Source of the DNA: Octopus vulgaris
Lineage: Eukaryota
Assembly (NCBI GenBank): GCA_951406725.2
Contig: OX597815.1
Location: 76,136,001 to 76,200,000, forward strand
Reading direction: 5' to 3'
DNA: 64,000 nt
Part shown: positions 25,696-38,835 of the stretch, one piece after another
Layout of the letters: each line of letters opens with the position of its first letter
How positions within the stretch are numbered: the first letter of the stretch is position 1
Program-made: the position numbers and the translations under genes
The notes under the pieces: model-generated
Told to the model about the DNA's origin: nothing
What the model saw: only the letters and a program-made list of their open reading frames with translations
Databases searched by the model: none

Positions 25696-27821
25696 ATCAT
25701 CATTATCATTTCACGTCTGTTTTCCATGCTAGCATGGGCTGGACGGTTCGACCGGGGTCTGGGAAGCCAGGAGGCTGCACCAGGCTCCAGTCTGATCTGG
25801 CAGTGTTTCTACAGGTGGATGCCCTTACTAACGCTAACCACTCTGAGTGTAGTTGGTGCTTTTTACGTGCCACCGGCACAGAGGCCAGAGGAGTCTGGCA
25901 AATTGCTACGATTGGTTGGTGCTTTTTACGTGTCACCAGCACGGACGTCAGTCAAGGTGGTGCTGGCATCAGTCATGTTCGGATGGTGCTTTTTACGTGC
26001 CACCAGCATGGGTATCATAACTACAATTTCCATTTGATTTTTATTTTGATGTTGATGTACTTGACTCACTAGGTCTCCTCAAGCACAGCAGGTCACCCTA
26101 CAATCCCAGGTTAGCACAGCAGGCCATCCTCTGAGCCATGAACTCACTTCATTTGTTGGGTCTTCACAGTCACAGCATATCTCCAGAGGTCTCGGTCTTT
26201 CGTCATAGCTTCTTTGAGGCCCAACGTTCAAAGGTCATGCTTGACCACCTCATCCCATGTCTTCATGGGTCTACTTCTACCCCGGATTCCTTCAACAATT
26301 TGGGAGTGGCACTTCTCTCCTCATCCATCCATAGTACATGACCATACCAGCGCAAACGTCTCTCCTGCATGTCACATCCAATGCTTCTTATGTCCAGCAT
26401 TTCTCTCAGGTCAATACACTCTGTTGTGCATGCACACTGACATTACACATCCAGCGGATCATGCTAGCTTCATTTCTTTTGAGCCTACGCATGTCCTCCA
26501 CAGTCACGGCCAATGTTTCACTGCCGTGAAGCATGGCACTTCACACACATGCGTCAAACAATCTATCTTTCACTCTGAGCGAGAGACCCTTTGTTGCCAG
26601 TAGGGGAAGAAGCTTTCTAAACTTTGCCCCGGCTATTCTTATTCTAGTGGTAACACTCTCTGAGTATCCACTCTCACTACTAACTTGGTCACTTAGGTAG
26701 TGGAAACTATCAATTTCTTCTAGTTTCTCTTCTGGAGTGTGATGGAATCTGTTTTCTGAGTATCTGTGGTGTCTATTGCCCCTGTGCATCTGCTGCACAC
26801 GAAAGCTATCTTCTCGGTTAATTTTCCTTTGATGTTGCTGCACCTATTATGTATCCATAGCTTACACTGGGTACATCTTATGGAGTTTCTACCTACACTT
26901 TTTCTACAGATCGAGTGGGTGTGTGATGAGTTTGCCCTCCTACTTACTAGAACTTTCATCTTTGCTACATTGACTCTAAGGCCTTTTGATTCTAAACCTA
27001 GCTTCCACACCCAAAATTTCTTTTCTAGTTCCAGTAGTGCTTCTGCTATGAGAGCCAGGTCATTAGCATAGAGGCGCTCCCGAAGCAACCTGTCTTGAAT
27101 TCCTCTGTTATTGCCTGGGGGGGGGACTATGATGAATAAAAGAGGACTGAAGGTTGAACCTTGGTGGACCCCTACTTCTACCCAGAATTCTTCACTAAAC
27201 TCATTGCCAATCCTAACCTTACTAACGGCTTCTCTGTATAGGGCCTTTACAGCCCTTATTAACCATTCGTCAATCTCCAGTTTCCGCATCGTCCACCAGA
27301 TAAGAGATCGGAGGACCCTGTCAAAGGCTTTCTCCAAGTCCACAAAAGCTAAGTAGAGGGGTTTATCTTTAGCTAGGTATTTCTCCTGAAGTTGTCGAAC
27401 CAGGAATATGGCATCAGTGGTGCTTCTACTCGGCACAAAACCAAACTGCATCTCATCTAAGCAGGCTCTCTCCCTGCTGAGATGGGCTATGACCCTCTCC
27501 GTGACCTTCATCACCTGATCCAGCAGTTTGATACCCCTGTAGTTATTTCTCTCTAGAGCATCACCTTTACCCTTGTAGCAGTTGACTATGGTGCTGTTAC
27601 GCCAGTTGTTGGGTATGACTTCATCATGAACTACCTGGTTTACAATGCAGGTGACTAGGCCATAGCCCACACCACCAGATGTTTTAAGCATCTCAGCAGT
27701 GATTTCTGTTGGGCCAGGGGCTTTTCCTGGCTTCATACCCTTAATTGCTTTATCTACTAGGGAGCTGTCTATTCAGATAGCTGATTGCTTTATCTATTAG
27801 GGAACTGTCTATTCGGATAGC
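25696..27821 (-). mobile_element. 5'-truncated RTE-clade LINE (reverse transcriptase pseudogene plus 3' UTR)
   Basis: ORF 26720-27736: NYRGIKLL, QFGFVPSRSTTDAIF, AFVDLEKAFDRV, GVHQGS, LYANDL; (CAT)n tail. Confidence 0.95.
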
Positions 27822-28559
27822 AATTTGTTTGTTTTATTTTAGTTTATATGTCACTTGCTTTATGCTGACATTCTTTGGATGTTCCTATATGACTGTTGCA
27901 GGAACACTAACTATTCAATACAAGAGTAAGAACATAAGACAGTTTTGGTACTGATTGAGTAGACCTATCATTAATGCTCTCTGTCTTTTTACTTCATACA
28001 TGCTATATGCATGTCTACATTATCTAATACCTTTTTTTTTTTAAATAAGTAGGGTGTGGTTTGAAGGAAATTTGACTTTTTCTTTCTGAATATCGACCTT
28101 TAAACTAATTGAGAAATGTTTGGCAATTGTTATCTGTAATTGTATATTAATTAATAAGTATTAGTTCTGTAATATGTAAGTTACTACTATTTTCATTCAC
28201 TGCCTTGGTAGAAACTATTTCTTCTATATTCTGGTTGCTGTTTAGCTGCAAGGGTGCTTTGCTTGTATGATTCAGCTGGCTGTCTAACCAATGATTGTCA
28301 GCTGTCTATGCATCTCTGTTGAACAGTACAGTCACAGAACATACAGTTCAGTAACTTTGTGATAACAGCTTTGTGTATGTGTGCATGTGTGTCTATAAAG
28401 AATAAAAATATTCTTTAAAATTAACAAAAAATACTTTTGTGCAAAGTTCACAGAAAGTGCTCAGAGCTGTAGTGTGTGTGTGTATGTGTCCCCTTCAAAG
28501 CAGGATCCACATGTATTAAAAAAATCCCAGATATTTAAAACAAAAACTACTTTATTATA

Positions 28560-28899
28560 ACAATTGCAGTGTGGAAGGTGTTTATAAGCCATTTAAGAAA
28601 CACACAAAACCATTAGATTCACTTCATTTAAATTTAATTTGTCAAAATATTATTCGTCGCTTTGAGACCGCAACCTGTTCACTGACAAAGCTTTGTGCAG
28701 CACGAAGCTTTGTCAGTGAACAGGTTGCAGTCTCAAAGCGACGAAAATATTTTGACAAATTAAATTTAAATGTTGAAGTGAATCTAATGGTTTTGTGTGT
28801 TTCTTAAATGGCTTATAAACACCTTCCACGCTGCAATTGTTTTCGTTCCAACACACGATCTCAGATGAAGTCACTCGCTATGCAAGTACATCTCCATAA
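28560..28899. mobile_element. Foldback non-autonomous element (Penelope-like) with 12-bp TSD
   Basis: About 135-bp inverted arms around an 11-nt loop plus a ~60-bp tail; tactttattata at 28548-28559 and 28900-28911. Confidence 0.8.
28709..28759 (+). ncRNA. Minimal type I hammerhead-like motif with variant core GUGAACA
   Basis: Stem I TTTGTCA/TGACAAA, stem II GTTGC/GCGAC, GAAA, palindromic AATATT stem III. Confidence 0.6.
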
Positions 28900-29135
28900 T
28901 ACTTTATTATATAACCTGGTATTATCTGGAAGTAGGATTTCAAGAATATTGTAGTGGCTGAGGCATCATAAACAATAGCGGAGTCTCTACGTTTGTATAT
29001 TTTATATATATGTTGCTCATCGGAAATTTATTTTAAAATATATGCTTTGATTTATTTTCATGTTTTATCATTTGCATTACTTATCCACCTCTTTGATCCT
29101 TGAACATAATTACGACTACTCTCTTATCATTGCAG

Positions 29136-29243
29136 TGGACACGAACAACTTTTCCTGTTGAATCCCCTACTTCCAGTGGTTTATCATCTCCAGCTCCTAA
29201 GCCAGTCAATTTTGAATTCTCTAAGCCAGTAGCTACTGACCCT
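29136..29243 (+). CDS. REPS1: REPS1 exon (WTRTTFPVESPTSS...FEFSKPVATDP)
   Basis: ttgcag acceptor, CCT|gtgagt donor, phase 0-0. Confidence 0.88.
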
Positions 29244-29389
29244 GTGAGTAACTAAAGTGCAGAATTTGGAAATCATTATTCTTGTGCTCCAAACACCATA
29301 CTGACTACATTTTCAATGCTTATATTTTTAATTGGCTAATGTCTAAGTAAAGAATTTTGACATTTCTTCTATTTATGAGATACAGTGTT

Positions 29390-29850
29390 GCATAATAGTC
29401 TTGTCTTGGGCCCTCAACTACTGATGGAATCAAAGTGGGCATTGTAACATATTGTAACCCCAGTTTTTTCTTCACTCAGTTGTGCCAGAAGTTGGGTCAC
29501 TGATATTGCCTGTCTATCTTTTCCGCTGTCTGCTTCTTCTTTTCCCATCCACAACTCATAGAAGAAATGGTCTTTGCAAGGTCACTGGATCTTCTTATAT
29601 AGTTATACCATCTTTGTCTTCACTGTTGTGCAGTCTTCATGGGGCTAATGTAATACTGGAAGGTTTCATGAACTTGTTTATTTGTGATGTGATCGAAGTA
29701 CAAAATGCCTAAGATGTTGCAGGAGCATCTCATCTCTAGCACCTCTGTCTTCTGAATTTCTGTCCTGGGGTGTCTCTGCCATATCTTGCATATATGCAGG
29801 AAGATGAAAATATTGGTGCATTGACATTCTTTCTCACCTCTGTGAATATT
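29390..29850 (-). mobile_element. Old RTE/BovB-like LINE 3' fragment
   Basis: Minus strand translates EMRCSCNILGILYFDHITN and GKRRSRQRKR. Confidence 0.65.
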
Positions 29851-30502
29851 TATATCCTAATTTTAAATGTGTGGCAAAAGATAATTAATTGTATGTAATA
29901 CTATTACTAAAGAACAACAAATAAGAACAAAAGTGACTCTTAATGCTATGTTAGTGTTTTCGAAGGCTGTCATGACTCTAGCATGAGGCAGTTGTTTGAG
30001 TTACGATGCAAAATCGAATCAAGTCACTTGCTAAACCAATACAATTTCTGAAAATGGAAGACATATTCCACTTAAAAGAAATGATTAAGGCCATTGGAAA
30101 GGCATTCAGAATGAAAATAAATTGCTCTGAACACAATATACAAAGAAGCTCACTTAAAACAAATTGTAGTTGGCTCATTCAGTAGACTGATGGTTCCTAT
30201 TTGATCATCAGTCCTGCGTAATGTTTGTGGTGCACAGTGAAACAAAACCATGTGGTTGCAAAGCAAACTTCATAGCCACACAGCCATGCCTGTGCCTTAT
30301 GAAATAAGTTTTTAAATTTCATCTACCAGCAATATATTTACTGATGTTTGAAATTTTTGTTTATTATATCTATTTGCAACCTTAGTTTTCCATATATTAT
30401 GTTTTGTATAGGTAAAGTATATTACATTCTAAATTGAATTGTTAGAGATGATATTTTGTTTCATATTTCATCACCATTTCTTTGTTCCTCATACTATATA
30501 AG

Positions 30503-30611
30503 GATTCCAAGATAATCCATCCGGTTGCACTTCGAATGTCTCCTGATGGCCACCCCATTCCCCCAGAAATTACTGATAGAAACAACTGGACAGCTGCAGG
30601 CACAGCAACAG
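30503..30611 (+). CDS. REPS1: REPS1 exon (DSKIIHPVALRMSPDG...)
   Basis: aag acceptor, CAG|gttagt donor, phase 0-1; resembles the REPS1 motif DTAIVHPVPIRMTP. Confidence 0.9.
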
Positions 30612-33484
30612 GTTAGTTCACACACACACATGTATATATATATATCAACCTTTCTCTTTTTTCTCTCGCTCTCTTTTTCTGAAAATGTTTTCTTTACCTT
30701 ATTGACAGTATGTATGTCCGTGTGAGTGAGTATGTGTAATGATATAATTTCATATTCATTATCATGCCATTTATTATCATTATTATTATTAATAATATTA
30801 TTATTGTTATCCTCTTCATTCTTTCTATTTACAAAAAAAAAAAAAATCTTTATGCATGTATTCCCCAATGAAAAGAAAGATACAAGAATCACTTTATCAA
30901 TCACTTCAGATATTCACTTTTGATATCAAAAATTAATATCCAGTATCTTGAGTGTAGCTAAAAGTGGGTGAAGGGGCATTTTTGTTTCTCATAGTACTTT
31001 ATATATTTTAAAGAAGAGAAAACTGAAGGGCTACCTTGGGCAATGCAAATTTTTAACTATATCACTTTTCAGCACATTTTACGTTTATATTATTTTCTTT
31101 ATATATCTTTTAACATCCATCTTTTATGCTGGCATATATACTTATTTATTTATCCTAAACAGTTTCCTTTGTGTAAATATTTTGAGCCTTTTTTTATTTT
31201 TAATTTTACAAACAAGGTCAGTTATTTTGCTTTCTGCATAGTATTACAGTTAGAAGGCCTTATCTGGTTGCAGTATTATTGTAGAATACTTTTATTTTTA
31301 TATTCTTTTATTGGTTTCATTCATTGGGCTGCAATCATGCTTGGGCATTACAATGAAGGGTTTTAATCAGTTATACAGTACTGGTGCTTATTTTTTTGAC
31401 CTCTATTTTTCAAACTGGTAAGTTACAGAACAATGGGGACATAATATAGACATAGCTGGTTTAAAAAATTTTTTTTTTTAGAGAAACAAATGGTGTAAAC
31501 ATAAGTACACACACACATATGTTGGGGCTTTCATGTAATTTCCGTCAATCACTTCTACTCATGAGACATTAATCAGCTTGAGATTACAGTAGAAGATACT
31601 TGCTCAAGGTGTAGAATAAAGAAATTAAACATGGAATCACATGGTTGCGATGTGAACCTCCTAATCACACAGCCATGTCTGTATCTTTTTGTTTTCTTTT
31701 TTTGTATACCTATTTCCTTCATTATAAAAGAAAAAAAAACTCTTGACAGTTCGCTATTGTAATCCAGCTAAATCAGCTATAGCATTTAACATTTTGATGG
31801 CCATCTAATTTTAATGCCAGTTTTTAGGGTTATCTTTCGAAGCTACAGGATCAAATAGCATTGTCCTAATGTCAATGCTTCTGTTTTGAGTTGGATTGGA
31901 TTGCCTAAGTTCAGTCCACTACAGGATGAAGGCCTCAGCATGTTCTTTTCTCCAACCATGGTCTGATGTGTAGGCCATGAATTTGAGCTTGAGATCATAC
32001 TGGTTTGATGAGCCCACTCTGTTACACTGGTTTGACATGACTTGGCAGAGGGGTGGGGATTTTATACTCCTACCCAGTAGTAGTTAAGTTGATTATACCA
32101 GTTCTGTTTTACAAGCAGGTTTGACCTGATAGAGTCTACTATACTTTTGCTAATTGTTTTAGGTACCTATGTATTTGCAATGACAGAGACACTGTCTCAA
32201 CTTCCCCATCCTTAATCCAGCAGTACCTCTAATTGGAGAGTGGGACAGAGGGTGGGCTGTACTAGCCTTTGAGTGGGATTCATTTCTGCTGAGTAGAGGG
32301 GAGCAGTGTGATATGAAGTGCTTTGCTCAGTGACACTACACACTGCATGATTCAGTGATTGAACTAAGGACTAATATAACCATTTATATAAAGTTACTGA
32401 CATTAGTAATACTAGCAGAAAGACCACCCTCCTGGCAGTTTTCTGCTAACCACTTGATAATATTTTCACATTTGATTCCCAATTCTAATAATTTTTATGA
32501 TATTTTACATCTAATTATTTCTTTGTATAATAGTGTTCACTTGCTTGATAAATATTGCTTTCATTGTTTTATCACAGTCGTAATGTCTCTTTTTTAAACA
32601 AACATCACTGTAGTCCAATGACATAGGGAGAAGCAGTTTGTCAAGCTCTATCTTCTCCTCAAAGCAACATAGAAATTTCAATTCAGCGGTCCATCTGTAA
32701 ACTTTGCAGTGTGTGTGTGTGGAGGAGGAGAGAGAATATTGCAAACAATGAATGAAATAAACATGAAATGAAAAAATTGTATAAATAAAAGGGCATTACT
32801 ACAGATGTATAAGCCCCCGATTTTGTTGCCTCATAACATTCCCAAAAATGGATACTTTTTAACAAAATTTTTTACAAATACCACTTAGATGTTGTGGCTT
32901 CAGAGTATATAGGGATTTATGGGAAAGAATTTTTCCAAGGGGGTGGAGAGAGGAGTCTTGGAAAATTCATATGTTCTGACTTTTTCCCCTCATAATTTTC
33001 AGGAAAATGGATATCTTTTAATGAAAGTGTATCCAATCCCTTTCAAACTGCATAGATTACAATTATAAAGAAATTTGTAAGGAAAATTTTTTCAGGGATT
33101 TTATACCTGCAGGCTTACCAAAGCCTTGTGAGTGAATTTGGTAGATGGAAACTGTGTGGAAGCCTATCATATTTACATATAAATATGTGCTTTTCTCCCT
33201 TCCACTGCTTGTTGGTTTATGTACTTATAATTTAGTGGTTTGACAAAAGAGACCAATAGAATAGTACCAGACTTAAAAAATAAGTACTAGGGTTGATTTG
33301 TTTGACTAAATCATACAAAGTAATGCCCCAGCATGGCTGCAGTTCAGTTATTGAAAAAAGTAAAAGATAATAATTATTAAATGCTACAACACTTTTTTTC
33401 TTTGATTTTTACCTCAATTAAATTGCTTTCACTAATAAAGAGATTGATAAGTTGTTCTTCCATCTTTCTTTTTATACTCTTTAG

Positions 33485-33556
33485 TGTCTGTGCGTGTGCA
33501 TGCTGATACACATGCACCTGCTATTGTGCCAAAACCACGTGTCCTCCGAGATAGAT
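33485..33556 (+). CDS. Candidate 72-nt cassette exon (VSVRVHADTHAPAIVPKPRVLRDR)
   Basis: Pyrimidine tract plus ttag, open phase 1-1 frame, weak T|gttagc donor. Confidence 0.45.
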
Positions 33557-36500
33557 GTTAGCTCTTAATGTATTTTTCTGTTTTTCCTTTAATTTAGTCA
33601 TTGTGTGGTTTTATTTGTTATTTCTGTTAACCGTATATTAAATAATTTACTTTGAAGAGAAATGTTTCCATTTTTCTTTATTTTCTTTCTTTTGCTTTTG
33701 TTCTTAGCAAATGCTTTGTTATAAATAATTACAATTTCCTTCATTTGTACAAATAGTTTTGTTTCGAACTGTTGTCTGTCATCTTAGTCTCTACATCTCG
33801 GTTTAACTTTGAGACATAAGTATTTCATCTTTTTAATAGTAACATTTTTAACATAACAGCTGTTTTTGCTACAACAGTAAAGACTACGAGAGAGTTTTTA
33901 GTGTATTAAATGGAATTTTACTAATTTATGTTATTGATATAAGTTTTTGGTCTAAAGAAAATCTTACATAGGAAATATATTGAAGATTTCTTAATAAAAT
34001 AAACTAGTTACAATATGTATAAAAAAATTTGAAGTTATTTGAATTTAATATGCTGGTCGTTCTCTCATGTGTCTGATTAACTGATGAAATATTTAGTTTT
34101 GTCTTTTGATTTGGTTATTTTTTTTTATTGTGTAGGTTGATTATTTAGTTGCTTTGGAATATAATAATCTGATCACCATAAGGTTAATAGGAATAAGACC
34201 AAAATAAATTTGTTTTTATATTGAAGGAAATGGTTTTTCTAAAGAAGTATTTTCTAATACATTTTTCGGAAGCATCAGCTATATTCATGTGATTTCTTAT
34301 GGAATGTCAGATTCTAAAATGTTTTGAAAAGGTTTATTTATTTTGACTCTGGCGAATACTTATGTCTCATTTATTCAGTACTCAGTTGAAAATTTTAGAA
34401 TTTGCAGATATTATGTTGGTGGTGTTCAGTTGTGTTATTCCTTTTAATCAGTTAATTGTTCATTATTTCATTAAGGATTTCCATCAATGTTTTTATACAT
34501 TTATTTATAAAAATTTAAAAAAATGTATTTTCTTGTAGAAGCTGTTCAATTTCATTGTCTGTTTTTACTGTTTATTTCCTACTTAGATGTCTGAAAGTTA
34601 ATTACATTTCTTAGATGTTTTGTATATATTTACTTGGTTTGATCAATGCAGGTGTTTATCATTTAAATCCTTATCTAAAGCGGTATTGGGCTACTTTTGG
34701 GATGTACAGAGCCTCAAAGTCATTCCAAGGAATCCAACAATTAACAGGTATTTCAGCTTCACTGAATCCTATTCTCCAATGTCCATCCTCATCTCATCAG
34801 ATGTGGCACTGACACTCATTGTAGTGGTCCTAAAGCTGTTATATATATGTGTGTGTGCGTGCGTGCATATATGTGTGTGTGTATGTGTGTATATATATCT
34901 TTAAACACTCAATCCACTGCCTGTTAACTGTGGCACTATAACTGTAACTGTTTCCTGTGGTCTCAACACCTGTAGCTGTTCATCTGGTCACTTTATTGTA
35001 AAGTCTTAGTTTATCACTGTCATCAACTCGGTATCTCTGTCTGTTATTTATAAGTGTCTCTTTGTGTTCTGTGGATTATATATAATTGTATAATTTCATA
35101 AATATTTAAGTGGATGCATTATATTTGATAATATATTAGTTGTTGTTTTGCTACTTGTTGTATTGATTATTTATTGAATAAATGATGACATTAATGATGG
35201 CTAAGATCAACGCGTGTTAATGAGGTTGTGAAAAATATAGTGTAAAAAAAAAAGAAAAGAAAAATCCTAATGGTAGTTCAATATATCAAGTGAAAGGCTG
35301 TTTGTTTTGTTCGTGGATGTGTGCTAGTTGGGGTCATAATTTCTTTTATGGAAATAATTTTATTGAAATGATTAAAAAAATAAAAAAAATAGAAGAAAGT
35401 TAGTAAGCAAAATTTTATGCTACAAATATGTACATATTCATACACACACGCACACATGCCCATACACATGTACACACTCACATACACTCATACACATTCA
35501 CAGATACACACACACACACCCTCGTACACATACACACACACTCAGTCACACCCACATTTACACACATTCATGCACATGCAGAGACTCTCTCTCTCACACA
35601 CACCACATAAATCTTTGTAGGTATCATCTTATGTATAGTACTGGAGAAAAACCTGTTGTTTGTTGGATTTGTCAAACTCAAATATGAAAGAGAAAGTAAT
35701 TTCAAAGTGGTTTATTGTTGTTTTTGATAATGCATGCAATTTATTGAAGAAATTCCATTGTTTCTGAATCTCTTATGATGTATTTCAACTTTGATAGCTA
35801 TTACAATTTCATTTGTCTCAAGTATCCGAACTGCCAATACTTACATCCTGAAAAGTCTATAACTTTACTTTATTGTTAAATCCTAGTTGATATTTCAGAC
35901 CTACTTCATTTTGCATGTGTTAATTTAATTTGTGTTGCCAATAAAGCTTAATGTTTTCTGTTGTGATAATGCTTCAGCTCTTCTAGGCATTTTGAAAAAA
36001 TTAGGTCTGCACTAAATTGTTGCAATCGTACTAGGTATCCAGTGAAGCATTTAGGAAGTAAACAAATCAATCTAGCTTCATACAACTTCTTACTAACTTA
36101 ATCTTAAATATATACTTAACATTAAACATCACAGGAATATACATATATTATTGTTTTATTTTAAGATAATGAATTCATTTTCAATTTACTTAGGTAAATA
36201 TTTTGATGTAATTAAAAAACTCATGTATGGCTATGTGTATATGTGTGAATGAATATATGTGAACTAATGTATGTAAATATATGTATGTATGTGCATGTGT
36301 GAGATATGTATATATATATATTTTTTTTCAAGTTACTTGTAAGTGTGAATGCTACTGATAGGTAATCAAGTACAATCAGTTACATGGTTGTATTGAGTGA
36401 AACTAAACTAGCACACCCACCAAAACATCAGACTAGCTAAAAGTTTGGTTGAATCCAGTGTGTAGTGGTCTGAACATCGGTCTAGGATATAAACTTGAAA

Positions 36501-38577
36501 TTCAAGTCTACACTATCTTGAGAGTCAGACTGTAACATAAACTTGTTATTGTCAGATTTCCAACTAAGGGTTTCTCACTGATTTGTGAGTGCTAAGGATA
36601 GCAGAAGGCTAAGTAAACAACTCTGACAAAATTATCAGAATAGAACTTCACAGATGGTTTCATGTCAAAAATTGCCAAATCTCTGGTTCCTCCTGCAATC
36701 AACTTTGACTATGTTTGTTGGATCCAGTTGATTTTGGACAAGATGGGGTGGATGCTATTTATCAAGTTCTTTAAAACTAGGTTATGAGCAAGATATTATA
36801 CCCTAGGTCCAGCTGATGTTAGAACTGCCAATAGATTTCAGGTTTTGTTGCAGTGATCAGAATATTACACCTGTCTGCAACAATGAAGTACTGCAATTTT
36901 TCTTTCAGGGTCACAAACAAAATGTAGTATAGGTGGGAGCAGTTATGACTCACTGGTTCTCAACACAGCTGCATTCCCCATACAAGTGTGTGTTGTCACA
37001 GTTATGGTGTTCATTGATAACTTCTAGGTAAACATGGTTTGTGTGAATAATTGGCTATATGCCAGAAACAGATATTGGAACTTGATGCAGTCCTCTAGCT
37101 TGTTGGATCCTATCAAACCCTCCAAACCATGCCAGCATGGAAGACGGATATTACGGGATAATGATGATGATGTGTCAGCTTGTGCACTTAGTTTAAAGTT
37201 TTCCTGCTTGAAATCTCAATAATCTTAAAGCAGCTCACTCCTTACCATCACAGATTATGTATCTGCAATACCACTTCAGTAGTGAAATGAAATATATAAA
37301 AAAAAAAAGACATATAAAAATCATATGTTGGTTGCTTGAATGCCTTTGATCATAAATAACAATATTCTGTAGATCAACTTGAATAGATCTAATAGTTTTT
37401 AATTTATGCACAAGGTCATAAATTGTAAGAAGGAATTTTCACCAACTTCAGTAGTTTTTTTATTTAAAGTGTCATATAGCAAAGATTATTTCTTAAGCCC
37501 TTTGCTCTCTTTGGAGCATGGGCCATTGACAACTTTACTACGTTGTTCTCAATTCTTGTGTTTTCCTCTCCCAGATTTTGTTGGTTTTGAATTATCATCA
37601 ATGCTTCTGTTGCTTTGCTTTTTTCTGGGTAAAGGCGTTGACGACCCTATGCAAATCCATTTTTGCTGTTGAGAAGTAGTCTATATTAGTTGGGTCTCTG
37701 TCCTTCCTCCTGCTCTACATGGGAAACCCTACCTTGAGTTTGGATTCAGCTAATGTAGCTCTCAGACTGCAACACAAGCCACCAGACTGCAACAAAGATT
37801 ATTAGTTAACACTAATTCTATTTTTGCCCAAATTATGACACATTACTTTGGTTGGTTTACTCAGGCAAACTGAAGGTAACTGTTACACCCACTCCACATC
37901 AAGTGAATAGAAATGGCTTTTGTTACAGCATCTATACAAAATTGATAACTTTTAATAAATCATCATATCCATGCACCATGAAATAGTTTATATGTAGATA
38001 CGTGTGCATGTGTGTGCTGATCATTAAAACAATAATATGCATGCTACATATGAGTTTGGTTAAAATGAAATAATCTAAATTGTATATAAATATATAATAA
38101 CTATGTTTATGTTGACATAATAAGTATTATATAGTGAAAACTTTTCCACAACATAGGCATTCAGAACTATTATTGTCTTAAAATAAATTTTATAAACTCA
38201 TTGAAAATGAGAAAATTTAAAATATCTTTTGTTGTAAGGAATTTTTCTAGAAAGTAGAAAATGTTAGGAATTATTTTAACTAATCAAAAATATAACTCTT
38301 AATTTTGTTGTACTTTTCTTTATTTTTAAAAAAATTTTGTAGCGTTATATTGTTAAGTTAAATATATTTCTTTCAGAAGAAAACCCATTAGCACAAGTAG
38401 TTTTGATCATAAAGATAACTCTTGTCTATATTAAATACTTTTTGAGATTCATGAAGTGATGAAATAACCTAATTATTTATACTTCAAATTAAACTTAAAG
38501 TAAATTTGTTAAAAGATGCTAAAACCCTTTACTTAATGAATTATGCTACCAAGTCCTCTACTTGTTTGGATTTTCAG

Positions 38578-38835
38578 ATCTGGCTACTGGTTGTTGTAAC
38601 ATTGCACCAGTTGTCTGTGGTGACCAGCACGATGCATCTTCGCTGACAACCAGTCCATCGTCCAAACAACCATCACGAATGTCGTACAGCGTTGAACCCA
38701 CATCGCTTAATGACTTGTCTGCTGCTATCCCAACTGACCACTCCTCACCCATGTCTCCCAAATCAGTCCTCCCATCAGTCAGCACTTCCTTGCACGGCCG
38801 CCCCAGACCAGTGGCAACCAAGAAAACTGCCCCAG
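38578..38835 (+). CDS. REPS1: REPS1 exon (DLATGCC...HGRPRPVATKKTAP)
   Basis: ttttcag acceptor, CAG|gtacgc donor, phase 1-1; lies within ORF 38562-38909. Confidence 0.87.
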
